DNA of 64,000 nt from an uncultured virus (IMG/VR IMGVR_UViG_3300008110_000044). Its lineage: Duplodnaviria > Heunggongvirae > Uroviricota > Caudoviricetes. Positions within the stretch are counted from its first letter, which is position 1. The number at the start of each line of letters is the position of its first letter. Positions 1 through 8,960 of this stretch are shown in pieces. The notes under the pieces were generated by a model. That model was given only the letters and a program-made list of their open reading frames with translations. It ran no database searches and was not told where the DNA came from. Location: IMG/VR virus record IMGVR_UViG_3300008110_000044. The stretch is one strand, 5' to 3'. Both the position numbers and the translations under genes were made by a program.

Positions 1-543
1 GTTTATGCTCACATTTTAAGAGGTCAGTTAAGAACATCAAACAAAGGAGACAAGAAGACTCTGGAACTGTTTATCTCAGGTCCAGCTCTTGATAACTTTG
101 AAGGATGGCCTATTGACAAAGACAACCCAACTGGACCTAAGTATTCAGGTCAAACCGCACGCGTAGGTGCCACTATGTGGACTGATGAATTTAGTAACGT
201 AAATGTATCTCGTAATGAGATCATGTACAAGTTATCTATCATTGCTACAGAACTTGGTCTTAAGCATGAGCTTGATTCTATCAATGCAACAACTATTGAA
301 GACTGGGTAGCTCAAGTAATTGATCTTGTAAAAGGTAACAATCTTTACTGGTTCCTTAAAGGTACAGAAGAAGAATACAATGGTAAGACTATTGTAAAGT
401 TATCTTTACCAAAATATAAGTTTGTTTCTATTGAAGAAGACAAACTAGAAAAGTTTGATAAGAACAATAAGTACCACTACAAAGCTTTAAATACTAAACC
501 AGTATCTAGCTTTGAACCAGCTACTGATGAGTTCCAGATGTAA
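1..543 (+). CDS. 5'-truncated replication protein, possibly single-stranded DNA-binding protein
   Basis: Frame is open from base 1 (VYAHILRGQLRTSNKGDKK...) through the listed 175..543 ORF. Acidic/aromatic tail (ATDEFQM) and position just before the primase. The SSB call is inference. Confidence 0.45.
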   Translation, partial: VYAHILRGQLRTSNKGDKKTLELFISGPALDNFEGWPIDKDNPTGPKYSGQTARVGATMWTDEFSNVNVSRNEIMYKLSIIATELGLKHELDSINATTIEDWVAQVIDLVKGNNLYWFLKGTEEEYNGKTIVKLSLPKYKFVSIEEDKLEKFDKNNKYHYKALNTKPVSSFEPATDEFQM

Positions 544-561
544 TCAATTTTTCATAAAGTC

Positions 562-589
562 GGGGGCTGGTTTTTACTAGCCCCCTTTT
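562..589 (+). terminator. Intrinsic terminator
   Basis: GGGGGCTGG-TTTTTA-CTAGCCCCC stem (one G-U pair) followed by a T-rich tract, just after the stop at 543. Confidence 0.8.
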
Positions 590-613
590 ATTTTTTATTT
601 CATAACCGAGTAT

Positions 614-1594
614 ATGTTTAAGACAAAAAATCTCGTACATGATGTCAAGGACGTACCGGTTTCTTGGATATTTGAACACTTTTGTAAGCTAAAAGAAAAG
701 CTTAATGGTCATGATATAAAGATCAAAAGCTTGTTCAATGCTAAGGAGAGGACTCCGTCAATGTGCATATACCTTGATAAAAATAAAGTTTATAAATATA
801 AAGACTTCTCATCAGGTAAAGGTGGATCTGCCATAGATCTGGTGAAAGAAATAACTCAAGCATCATATCATAAAGCTGCTAGTCTAGTAGTAGAAAAATA
901 TAATGACTATGTTCTACACAATAACGGAGGATACGATGTTCAAGAGTTCAAGCTCGCAAGTAGATACAAAGTATCAAAGCACGTTTTCAGATCTTGGAAT
1001 ACTTCTGATCAATACTTCTGGACCCAGTTTAACATTGGCTCCAGACTCTTGGAAGAGCACCATGTCCGTCCTCTTGAATATTACGTTCTGGTACGCACCG
1101 AAGATGGACGAGATATAGAACTAGTAATACGTGGTAATTATCTCTATGGTTACTTTAAGAAAGATGGTACACTGTATAAGATTTATCAGCCTAAAACGCT
1201 TGATAAGAAATTTATCAAAGTATCAGATTTCGTACAGGGATCTGAGCAGCTTAAAGATTATCCCTATCTAATTATAACTAGCTCTCTAAAGGACATAATG
1301 GCTCTAAAAAGCCTCAAGCTTTCTATTGACTATGTTGCTCCTGACTCAGAGAATTCTCTTATAAAGAAAGAACAAATGACCGAGTATCTTAAAAAATACA
1401 AAAAGGTTATTATTCTTTTTGATTATGATGAAGCTGGTATAAAAGCCATGGATAAATACAAAGAAGTATATCCTGATGTACGTACATGTATTTTACCTAT
1501 GAGTAAAGACCCATCTGATTCTATAAAAGATCATGGGCCCAAGGAAGTTTTTACAAGAATTGTTCCAATCATAAATAAAAAGTTGGATGAGTAA
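614..1594 (+). CDS. dnaG: DnaG-type DNA primase (TOPRIM)
   Basis: N-terminal Zn-binding-domain-like segment (ERTPSM...YKDFSSGKGGSAIDLV) and TOPRIM-like motifs (SSLKD, FDYDEAG, KDPSD). Confidence 0.85.
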   Translation: MFKTKNLVHDVKDVPVSWIFEHFCKLKEKLNGHDIKIKSLFNAKERTPSMCIYLDKNKVYKYKDFSSGKGGSAIDLVKEITQASYHKAASLVVEKYNDYVLHNNGGYDVQEFKLASRYKVSKHVFRSWNTSDQYFWTQFNIGSRLLEEHHVRPLEYYVLVRTEDGRDIELVIRGNYLYGYFKKDGTLYKIYQPKTLDKKFIKVSDFVQGSEQLKDYPYLIITSSLKDIMALKSLKLSIDYVAPDSENSLIKKEQMTEYLKKYKKVIILFDYDEAGIKAMDKYKEVYPDVRTCILPMSKDPSDSIKDHGPKEVFTRIVPIINKKLDE

Positions 1595-1602
1595 TCAATG
1601 TT

Positions 1603-1620
1603 CTATATTATATTTGTAGA
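1603..1620 (+). promoter_or_regulatory. Candidate promoter: Bacteroidota -7 element TATATTTG (1609-1616) inside TATATTATATTTGTAGA
   Basis: Exact TAnnTTTG match in the intergenic gap. It also resembles the GTATATTATAwTGTAGA motif found upstream of - strand genes. Confidence 0.55.
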
Positions 1621-1635
1621 ACAGAATATCTACTT

Positions 1636-2082
1636 ATGAAACTTTGGCAATATCAAGACAGACCTATTACATGCATAGAAGACTTTCAAGGATACAACGG
1701 CCTATTTGGTTTTGTATACCTTATACACAATACAATGAATGGTCAGTTCTATGTAGGTAAGAAAGTTTTCCGTAACAACCGTAAGAAAAAGATAACCCAG
1801 AAAGTAAAGAAAGCTACTGGTACTCGTAAAACATACGAGCGTACCATCACCGAGTCAGACTGGAAAGACTATTATGGATCATCAAAGGAACTGTCAGCTG
1901 ATATTCAGAGATATGGAAAGGATAAGTTTAAAAGAACTATTCTTGAGCTATGCTGCACAAAAAAATACTTATCGTATGCTGAGGTAGCGTGGCAAATTAA
2001 ACTAGATGTTCTTAGAACAAATAGTTACAACGGTAATATCCTGGGCCGTTATTATACCCGGGACATGCAAAATTGTCTGTAA
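1636..2082 (+). CDS. GIY-YIG family endonuclease (T4 endonuclease II/Seg-like)
   Basis: GFVY-x10-YVGKK motif, SDWKDYYGSS, conserved Glu (YAEV) and YNGNI. Confidence 0.85.
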   Translation: MKLWQYQDRPITCIEDFQGYNGLFGFVYLIHNTMNGQFYVGKKVFRNNRKKKITQKVKKATGTRKTYERTITESDWKDYYGSSKELSADIQRYGKDKFKRTILELCCTKKYLSYAEVAWQIKLDVLRTNSYNGNILGRYYTRDMQNCL

Positions 2083-2252
2083 TGGATAACACAGAAAAAA
2101 AAACTTGTCCTACTGCGGTAGCAGACTTACAGGGACAATACGATGAAATTATTGCCTTCTTAGAATATGAAGAGGCATTTACTGTAGATACAAGAACGCA
2201 ACAGCGTATTCGTGCAAAACTTCAACAACTTGGTATATGGCCAGTAGAGTAG
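2082..2252 (+). CDS. Small hypothetical protein, 56 aa (not in the ORF track)
   Basis: ATG overlaps the upstream TAA (TAATG). Reads MDNTEKKTCPTAVADLQGQYDEIIAFLEYEEAFTVDTRTQQRIRAKLQQLGIWPVE and fills the gap to the next gene. Confidence 0.65.
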   Translation: MDNTEKKTCPTAVADLQGQYDEIIAFLEYEEAFTVDTRTQQRIRAKLQQLGIWPVE

Positions 2253-2692
2253 AACAATTAATAGTTAAGTATCCTAAGATATTTAAACAGTATGAAGGTA
2301 ATCCTGGTATGGTAAACTGGTTAGATCTACCATCTGGATGGGTACCTATAATAGATATGTTGTGTAACTCTATACAAAACTACGTAGATAACTTTGTTAG
2401 ATACACAAAAGATGGTCAATATAGACCACAGCAAGTTACCTGTGTGCAAATGAAAGAAAAGTTTGGAGGTCTCCGTTTCTATACAGATGGGAACGATGAG
2501 CATGTAGATGGAATGATCTACATGGCAGAAGTTATGGCTTATAATACATGCCAAGACTGTTCATCACAAGAAGATATTGGCCGCACACAAGGCTGGATAA
2601 CTACTTTGTGTAGAAACTGTGCTATAAGTAATGGTGATAGAGCCATGAACTCATGGGAACCATTAAATAAAGCTCCAAATGCAAACATTTAA
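2237..2692 (+). CDS. Conserved phage hypothetical protein with C-terminal Zn-ribbon
   Basis: QMKEKFGGLRFY motif, which I recognise as widespread in phage proteins; CxxC...GWITTLCxxC. Confidence 0.7.
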   Translation: MASRVEQLIVKYPKIFKQYEGNPGMVNWLDLPSGWVPIIDMLCNSIQNYVDNFVRYTKDGQYRPQQVTCVQMKEKFGGLRFYTDGNDEHVDGMIYMAEVMAYNTCQDCSSQEDIGRTQGWITTLCRNCAISNGDRAMNSWEPLNKAPNANI

Positions 2693-3005
2693 AGAGTGGG
2701 TTAACTCCCCTGAATACCAAGAGCTGGTAGAAATAATGCAAAAAGCTCAAGAAGAGCAAATGAAAGATTTAGAAGATAATCTTTCCCAAGACATGGTAGC
2801 TGACATCCGAGAGTGGAGAGTAGGTACTGGTCCTGATGATATGAATACACATAGCTGGCGTGGTGTAGCACAACTTTTTGTACAAAAATACTCAGAGTTT
2901 TCTGATAACCACAGTATAATAGCAGGTAATCAAATATCTGGTATGCAATTATGTGATGCAGCAATGAATTTACTTAATCAAAAACCTGAAGAAGGATGGA
3001 ACTAG
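2679..3005 (+). CDS. Hypothetical protein
   Basis: 108-aa ORF overlapping both neighbours in operon fashion. Confidence 0.65.
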   Translation: MQTFKEWVNSPEYQELVEIMQKAQEEQMKDLEDNLSQDMVADIREWRVGTGPDDMNTHSWRGVAQLFVQKYSEFSDNHSIIAGNQISGMQLCDAAMNLLNQKPEEGWN

Positions 3006-4024
3006 AAACTATTATGGAAGAATCTGTACAAATCTTAGAAAAAGATTTTTATAGTAAGAAGTTCTTTTACTCTTACAGTAGTCTGAACAAACTCATGTGG
3101 AGTCCACAAGTGTTTTATCAGATGTATGTATTAGGTATTAAAGAAGAAAGATTAGATAATCACTTAGTACAAGGTAAGCTTATACACTTACTGTTACTGG
3201 AGCCAGAGAAATTCAACAAAGAATTTATGATGACACCAGGAAAGCTTCCTACAGATAGCCTTAGACAAGTTGTTGATCGTGTGTTTAGTCACTATAAAGA
3301 GCTATCTGAAAATGGTGATGATCGCACAGAACTAGCACAGTTTGATAAAGCTATCTTAGATGTAATGTATGACATGAATTATCATCAAAGTTTAAAAACT
3401 GACCAGCAACGTCTTGATAAAATCATAACTGCTGAAGCTATTAGCTACTGGGATTTCTTAAAGACAAAAGGTAACAAGACACTTATTGATCCTGATACAT
3501 ATAAGTATTGTAAAGATGCTGTTGATATTATCAAGACCAACGATCAGATCTGTAACCTAATTGGCTGTAATGTTACAGAGTTTGATAATAGAGAAGTTAT
3601 CAATGAATTAGCTGTGACTGCTGAGTTTACTAATAAAAAGTACGGACTTAAAGGTATCATTGACAATATAGTATTAGACCATGACAAAAAGATAATTCAT
3701 ATAAATGATATCAAGACTACCAGTAAAGATCTAAAAGACTTTCCTGAGAGTGTTGAGTTTTACTCTTACTGGTTACAGGCAATCATATACATAATCATTG
3801 TTAACCAAGTATACCAGAATCTTATAGGTAATGGATATACTATTAAGTTTCACTTTGTAGTAATTGATAGAACTTTCCAAAGCTATGCTTTTCCAGTATC
3901 TGAAGACTCTCTAAACGATTGGTTAGAGAAATTTCAGAGTGCTGTAGATAAAGCAGAGTGGCATTTTGATAATAAGAACTATAATTTACCTTATGAGTTT
4001 GCTAAAGGTTTAGTAGTTCTCTAA
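2996..4024 (+). CDS. PD-(D/E)XK exonuclease (RecE/exonuclease VIII-like)
   Basis: SYSSL and G..IH..LLEP N-terminal motifs; KGIIDNI...DIKTT catalytic core; Y.LQA.IY motif. Confidence 0.8.
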   Translation: MELETIMEESVQILEKDFYSKKFFYSYSSLNKLMWSPQVFYQMYVLGIKEERLDNHLVQGKLIHLLLLEPEKFNKEFMMTPGKLPTDSLRQVVDRVFSHYKELSENGDDRTELAQFDKAILDVMYDMNYHQSLKTDQQRLDKIITAEAISYWDFLKTKGNKTLIDPDTYKYCKDAVDIIKTNDQICNLIGCNVTEFDNREVINELAVTAEFTNKKYGLKGIIDNIVLDHDKKIIHINDIKTTSKDLKDFPESVEFYSYWLQAIIYIIIVNQVYQNLIGNGYTIKFHFVVIDRTFQSYAFPVSEDSLNDWLEKFQSAVDKAEWHFDNKNYNLPYEFAKGLVVL

Positions 4025-4031
4025 ATCCATT

Positions 4032-4595
4032 TTGATGATAGATAGCTTATATACTAAGTATTTTCAGAAGTCAAGGTCCTTTTTATACCCTGCCCTGGGT
4101 ATAAAGAGGACTAGCAACTTCTCACCATCTGGTACATATATCAGTATAGATGGTCTCATAGAACCAGAGGATATGAAGTTAATTACTGCCTTCAAAGAAG
4201 ATACCTCAGAAGGATATAAGATCTTTGAAGAGCAGATGATTACAACTAATCCTCTTTATCTGCAGACCATATCTATACAGGATTATAATCTGTATGTGTT
4301 TGATTATGAGACATATGCAGCAGACTGGTATAGTTTTTTACTGGGTAAGTATTCTAAATTTACTCCACCTTTAAAGAGGGCTATCAAAGCATATTACGGT
4401 GAAACCTCCAGTGAATACAAGTATATAGAGTCATACCTGTTTCCCGAAAAACACTATGATATCTACGCTAAACTATTAGATGTTAACGTAGCTACCTTAA
4501 AAAAAGTCGGTGAACTGTGTGATCCCTGTGATCTAGAAAAAGAAAAATTAAAAATTCCTGTCGTAGATTTGGAGATGTTAAGTAAATCTTTATAA
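4032..4595 (+). CDS. Hypothetical protein
   Basis: 187-aa ORF co-oriented in the replication operon (ATG at 4035 is a probable start). Confidence 0.7.
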   Translation: MMIDSLYTKYFQKSRSFLYPALGIKRTSNFSPSGTYISIDGLIEPEDMKLITAFKEDTSEGYKIFEEQMITTNPLYLQTISIQDYNLYVFDYETYAADWYSFLLGKYSKFTPPLKRAIKAYYGETSSEYKYIESYLFPEKHYDIYAKLLDVNVATLKKVGELCDPCDLEKEKLKIPVVDLEMLSKSL

Positions 4596-4600
4596 ATTTG
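4568..4600 (+). promoter_or_regulatory. Bacteroidota primary-sigma-type promoter
   Basis: TTTG (4568-4571), 21 nt, then TAAATTTG (4593-4600). Matches the -33/-7 consensus TTTG-N19-21-TAnnTTTG. Confidence 0.75.
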
Positions 4601-4624
4601 TATAAACTAACTTTAAAATATAGT

Positions 4625-5023
4625 ATGAACAATTCAATGATGCTCGTTACCGGTAGCTGGGGTAACAATAAGACTTTTAAAATGATTCCAGTTACTAATG
4701 ACTGTCCTTTCAATGAGGCTATCTTTGACAGAGATGGAAAAGTATTAGCCCTTGTAGGAAAAGAAAAGAAACAAAGTTTCCATATGCTCCCAAAAGTTAC
4801 TGAACTTGGAGACGTACAAACTTTGAAGATTGGTAAAAGAGCAAATGGGAAAGATTACGCGGAAGAGCGTAAGACAATAGAAACTTATTACGAGTATTAT
4901 ATTGAGAACCCAGAAGAAATAGAACAGATCGTTAAAGGTTTTGCTGTTAATGCTGACAAGTTTGACTTCAAACAATATATGGAAGCAGCAGCTGCACAAC
5001 CATCGCAAATAGTTACTGTCTAA
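4625..5023 (+). CDS. Hypothetical protein
   Basis: The listed TTG start at 4598 lies inside the promoter, so ATG 4625 (MNNSMMLVTG) is the more likely start. Followed by a terminator. Confidence 0.7.
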   Translation: MNNSMMLVTGSWGNNKTFKMIPVTNDCPFNEAIFDRDGKVLALVGKEKKQSFHMLPKVTELGDVQTLKIGKRANGKDYAEERKTIETYYEYYIENPEEIEQIVKGFAVNADKFDFKQYMEAAAAQPSQIVTV

Positions 5024-5051
5024 GGACAGTCCTGTGAGACCAAAACCAACT

Positions 5052-5081
5052 AAAAAGGCAGTCAAGTAACTGCCTTTTTTT
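5052..5081 (+). terminator. Intrinsic terminator (possibly bidirectional)
   Basis: AAAAAGGCAGT-CAAGTA-ACTGCCTTTTTTT. Confidence 0.85.
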
Positions 5082-5088
5082 AGCTTTG
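5081..5088 (+). promoter_or_regulatory. Candidate -7 promoter element for the DNA polymerase gene
   Basis: TAGCTTTG (TAnnTTTG) ending 36 nt before the polB ATG; no clear -33 TTTG. Confidence 0.45.
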
Positions 5089-5124
5089 TTAAAAGGGGGG
5101 ACAGCTTAACTGAACAATAACGAT

Positions 5125-7062
5125 ATGAGTGACCAACAGACACACTGGGTTATGGACTATGAAACCCTAGTTAACTGTTTTGTAGCAGTCTTCCAGCACT
5201 ATAAAGACGATGGTGTAAAACACATCTTTGTAATACATGATCAACGTAATGACTTTACAAAGTTTATAAACTTTCTCAAGAGTTGTGTCAAAAATAAGCA
5301 GTACCATATTTCATATAATGGTCTAGCATTTGACGCTCAGATAACTCAGCATCTTTTAGATAATCATGTAAAATTTGAAAAGCTTAGTACCGCTGATCTT
5401 GTCAGTGAGATACATAAGTATGCTCAAAAAGTTATAGGGAAGTCTGAAAAGAATGAGTTTCAGGATTACGCTCCACACAAACTTCAGATCAAGCAGATTG
5501 ATCTATTTAAACTAAATCACTGGGACAATCGTGCCAAGATGAGTAGTCTTAAATGGATACAGTACTCTATGGACTGGGAGAATGTAGAAGAGATGCCTCA
5601 TCCACATTATGAGCCTATCACAACTGAAGATCAGCTTAAGCTTGTTGTCAAGTATTGTATCAATGACGTACTATCTACTAAGATGATCTTAGAACATAGT
5701 AAAGAACAGATCACGCTTAGACAAACCCTGACTAGAGAGTATGGTATTTATTTATACAATGCTTCTGAGCCAAGAATATCTAAGGAACTGTTTCTTCACT
5801 TCTTGAGTCAGAAGATTGGATGGGCCAAAGCTGATATTAAAAGTCTGAGATCTCCAAGGGACTATATCATTCTTGCTGAATGTATACTTCCTTACATCAA
5901 GTTTCAGACTCCTGAGTTTCAGTCTGTACTAGAATACTTCAGAAAGAAAGTTATCACATCTACAAAAGATGGTTTCAAACACAGTGTTATGTATAGAGGA
6001 GTACGTACAGACTACGGTCTGGGCGGTATCCATGGTGCAACAACTGCTGGTGTATATGAAGCCAAGTCTGGTTGGACTATAATGACATCAGATGTTACTA
6101 GCTTTTATCCTAACCTTGCTATCAAAAACGGGTTTCATCCTGCCCATCTTCCTAAAAAAGAGTTTGGTGAGCTTTATGAATGGTTCTTTGAAGAAAGGAA
6201 GAAAATTCCTAAAACAGATCCAAAGAACTATGTTTATAAACTAATCCTGAATTCTACTTACGGATTAACAGGTGATGAAAACTCATTCCTGTATGATCCT
6301 CGTATGACAATGCAGATCACTATCAACGGTCAGCTTAGTCTAAGTATGCTCTATGAGATGATCTGTGAACAGATTCCAGAGGCTATACCTCTGATGCAGA
6401 ACACAGATGGTCTAGAGACTATGATTCCAACAGCTGCAGTATCTAAGTATTTAGATATCTGTACAATCTGGGAGAATATAACTAAACTATCACTTGAGCA
6501 TGATCAATACAAGAAAATGATCATCAGGGATGTAAATAACTACATAGCTGTAAATACAAAAGACAAAGTAAAATGTAAGGGAGCGTTTGAGTGGGAAGAC
6601 CTTGACAAGAAAAAGGTTGCTGTCTTCCACAAGAATAAAAGCTTTCTCATTATACCTAAGGCTATCTATGCTTACTTTGTTAATGGTATTAAACCTGAAG
6701 ATTTCTTAGCTCAAAATCAAACTATCCAAGACTACTGTGCTGGTGTAAAAGCCAAAGGTGGTTGGTATTATGAAGAGCGTAATATAGATCAAGGTAATCT
6801 AACTTTAAAAAGACTTCAGAAGATTGTAAGGTACTTTGTATCAAACGATGGATCTAAGATTGTTAAATGCAACAAAGATGGTCGTGAGATACAGGTAGAA
6901 GCAGGTAGTTGGCTACAAACCGTAGTAAACAAACTTGATCCAAATGTACCCTTTAGTGCTTACAATATCAATGAAAAGTACTATCTTGAAGAGATCTATA
7001 AACAGATTGAACAGATAGAAAAAGAAAACAAAAGAGCATTCACACAACTTTCACTATTTTAA
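5125..7062 (+). CDS. polB: Family B DNA polymerase (crAss-like type)
   Basis: Exonuclease motifs DYET, YNGLAFD and YCINDV; polymerase motifs DVTSFYPN, KLILNSTYG and NTDG. Confidence 0.93.
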   Translation: MSDQQTHWVMDYETLVNCFVAVFQHYKDDGVKHIFVIHDQRNDFTKFINFLKSCVKNKQYHISYNGLAFDAQITQHLLDNHVKFEKLSTADLVSEIHKYAQKVIGKSEKNEFQDYAPHKLQIKQIDLFKLNHWDNRAKMSSLKWIQYSMDWENVEEMPHPHYEPITTEDQLKLVVKYCINDVLSTKMILEHSKEQITLRQTLTREYGIYLYNASEPRISKELFLHFLSQKIGWAKADIKSLRSPRDYIILAECILPYIKFQTPEFQSVLEYFRKKVITSTKDGFKHSVMYRGVRTDYGLGGIHGATTAGVYEAKSGWTIMTSDVTSFYPNLAIKNGFHPAHLPKKEFGELYEWFFEERKKIPKTDPKNYVYKLILNSTYGLTGDENSFLYDPRMTMQITINGQLSLSMLYEMICEQIPEAIPLMQNTDGLETMIPTAAVSKYLDICTIWENITKLSLEHDQYKKMIIRDVNNYIAVNTKDKVKCKGAFEWEDLDKKKVAVFHKNKSFLIIPKAIYAYFVNGIKPEDFLAQNQTIQDYCAGVKAKGGWYYEERNIDQGNLTLKRLQKIVRYFVSNDGSKIVKCNKDGREIQVEAGSWLQTVVNKLDPNVPFSAYNINEKYYLEEIYKQIEQIEKENKRAFTQLSLF

Positions 7063-7072
7063 AACCACAATT

Positions 7073-7915
7073 ATGCCTGTCAAAACATCTTTCGTGACAG
7101 AACAGTACATCCGTAACGCAGTCTTACCTAACCATGGTAAACGTTACACAGTAATTCCACACGGGTATATCATTGACGAGACCCGCAAAGAACTAGCTAA
7201 CGCTGGTTTCCAAATTAACCAAGAGCTGTATAAAACCAGCCTTGATGGACAAGTAGCACAAGGTGTTTATCATCTTAACTACGGTAATGATCCTGATATG
7301 GGTCTTATGTTTGCATGGTCTAACTCTTATAACAAGCAAATGAAGTTTAAGTGTGCAGTTGGTGCACAAGTATTTATCTGTATGAACGGTGTAGTATCTG
7401 GTGATCTAGGTAGTTATAATCGTAAACACACAGGTTCAGCACTTAATGATGTTACAATTTCCTTATCTAATCAGATAAGCAGAGCCAAAGAATACTATGA
7501 TAACTTAGTAGCTGATAAAGAAATGCTCAAGCAAGTAAACCTTACTAGCAGTGAAGCAGGTTCAGTAGTTGGTAAGTTATTTATTGACCAAGAAATCCTT
7601 ACACTAACACAAGTAGGTATGATTAAGCGTGAGATGGATGCTCCTACTCACCAGTACAATGCAGCACCAAATTCTGCTTGGACTTTATACAATCATATTA
7701 CTCTTGCTCTTAAAGATTCTCATCCAATGACTTATCTTTCTGATCATCAGAAACTTCATAACTTCTTTGTTAATGAGTTTGGTCAGCTTAAGTCCGTTTA
7801 TCAAGACGTAGTAGAAGAAACAGATGATATCCAAGAAGATTACATTCTTTTACCGCATGATGAAAAGGAAGAGTTTGTACCTGAGCAAGGAGAATACGGT
7901 GTAGTATTTAATTAA
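7073..7915 (+). CDS. DUF932-like protein
   Basis: NSYNK...GAQVFICMNG...RKHTG pattern and W.LYN.IT..LK helix recalled for this family; acidic tail. Confidence 0.7.
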   Translation: MPVKTSFVTEQYIRNAVLPNHGKRYTVIPHGYIIDETRKELANAGFQINQELYKTSLDGQVAQGVYHLNYGNDPDMGLMFAWSNSYNKQMKFKCAVGAQVFICMNGVVSGDLGSYNRKHTGSALNDVTISLSNQISRAKEYYDNLVADKEMLKQVNLTSSEAGSVVGKLFIDQEILTLTQVGMIKREMDAPTHQYNAAPNSAWTLYNHITLALKDSHPMTYLSDHQKLHNFFVNEFGQLKSVYQDVVEETDDIQEDYILLPHDEKEEFVPEQGEYGVVFN

Positions 7916-7922
7916 TATTACC

Positions 7923-7955
7923 AGGGGTAGGTAGAAATATCTACCCCTATTTTTA
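7923..7955 (+). terminator. Intrinsic terminator with GAAA tetraloop
   Basis: AGGGGTAGGTA-GAAA-TATCTACCCCT followed by ATTTTT. Confidence 0.85.
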
Positions 7956-7966
7956 TAAAGTGTAAA

Positions 7967-8344
7967 ATGGACGGAAATAACAAACGTATAGCTGAACTTT
8001 TTGAAACGGTACTGCAGCATATTAAGTGCATAGAAGCAAGAATAGAATGTGCTAGACCTCTTGTTAGTCAAAATCAAAAATATGTACTAGGAAATGCTAT
8101 TAATAAAATTAATGCAGCTTTAAATAGTATATACAGTCTACTTCCTGATTCAGATAGTATCCTTCGTGTAAAGAAACATCTTGATGATACAGACATAGTG
8201 TACGTAATGTTACTAACAGAGCAACTTATGAGAATACGTCCTGATGATATGGAGGAGGTTGTAGAACTTCTAGACAATTATTTATTTAACAAATATGGAA
8301 AATCAGAAGAAGTGCCGAGCAACAGGGAAGGTTCGGTTTCCTGA
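7967..8344 (+). CDS. Hypothetical protein
   Basis: 125-aa helical-looking ORF after the terminator. Confidence 0.65.
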   Translation: MDGNNKRIAELFETVLQHIKCIEARIECARPLVSQNQKYVLGNAINKINAALNSIYSLLPDSDSILRVKKHLDDTDIVYVMLLTEQLMRIRPDDMEEVVELLDNYLFNKYGKSEEVPSNREGSVS

Positions 8345-8960
8345 TCCAGGAGGAGCTAAAGAAGCTATCATCAGAATAAAAAGTACTAATAGGTTCTATG
8401 ATCATATACAAAATAAAAGAGTTAATAGAAGAGCAGGTAAACCAGACCAGTGTAGATTTTACTATTGTAAACACTGTCACGGTTGGCATCTTACAAGCTC
8501 AGAACAAGGAACTTCTTTTAGAAAGTATAAGAAAGAAAGAAAAACAAATACTAAGGACTTTTTACTAACTGCTGAGCAAGCAGCTGAATGGAGAAAAGAT
8601 TCATTACCTTTTCCTGAAACTAAAAAACCTGATAATATGAAATGGTATAAACTAAACGAAGATCACACTGTACAGTTATTAGCAGATGGATCTTATCCTT
8701 CCGAAACAGACTTTGGAAATATCAAAAGAGTTGGTGATGATACTATAGACGGCCAACGAGTCTCTACTGTATTTCTTCACTTTGATCACGGCTGGAACTG
8801 GGATGCTGATAATGCACCTATACTATTTGAAACAATGATCTTTGGAGGAGAACATGATGAATCTATGTGGAGATACTCTACATGGGATCAAGCTAAAGAA
8901 GGTCATGATAAAATTGTTCACTGCCTGAAACACGGTATAAAGCCAAATGAATCTTTATGA
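8295..8960 (+). CDS. Two-module hypothetical protein (Zn-finger-like module fused to a second common phage module)
   Basis: N-half C...GK.RF...YYCKHCHGWHLTS; C-half from internal Met 8637 (MKWYKL...VSTVFL..DHG...LFETMIFGG...RYSTW..A..GH). Confidence 0.7.
   Translation: MENQKKCRATGKVRFPDPGGAKEAIIRIKSTNRFYDHIQNKRVNRRAGKPDQCRFYYCKHCHGWHLTSSEQGTSFRKYKKERKTNTKDFLLTAEQAAEWRKDSLPFPETKKPDNMKWYKLNEDHTVQLLADGSYPSETDFGNIKRVGDDTIDGQRVSTVFLHFDHGWNWDADNAPILFETMIFGGEHDESMWRYSTWDQAKEGHDKIVHCLKHGIKPNESL

Noticed and set aside
614..7062. Introns or inteins in primase or PolB; GIY-YIG gene as intron-encoded
   Set aside because: Both replication genes are contiguous and of ordinary size with no intein motifs. 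The GIY-YIG ORF lies between complete genes.
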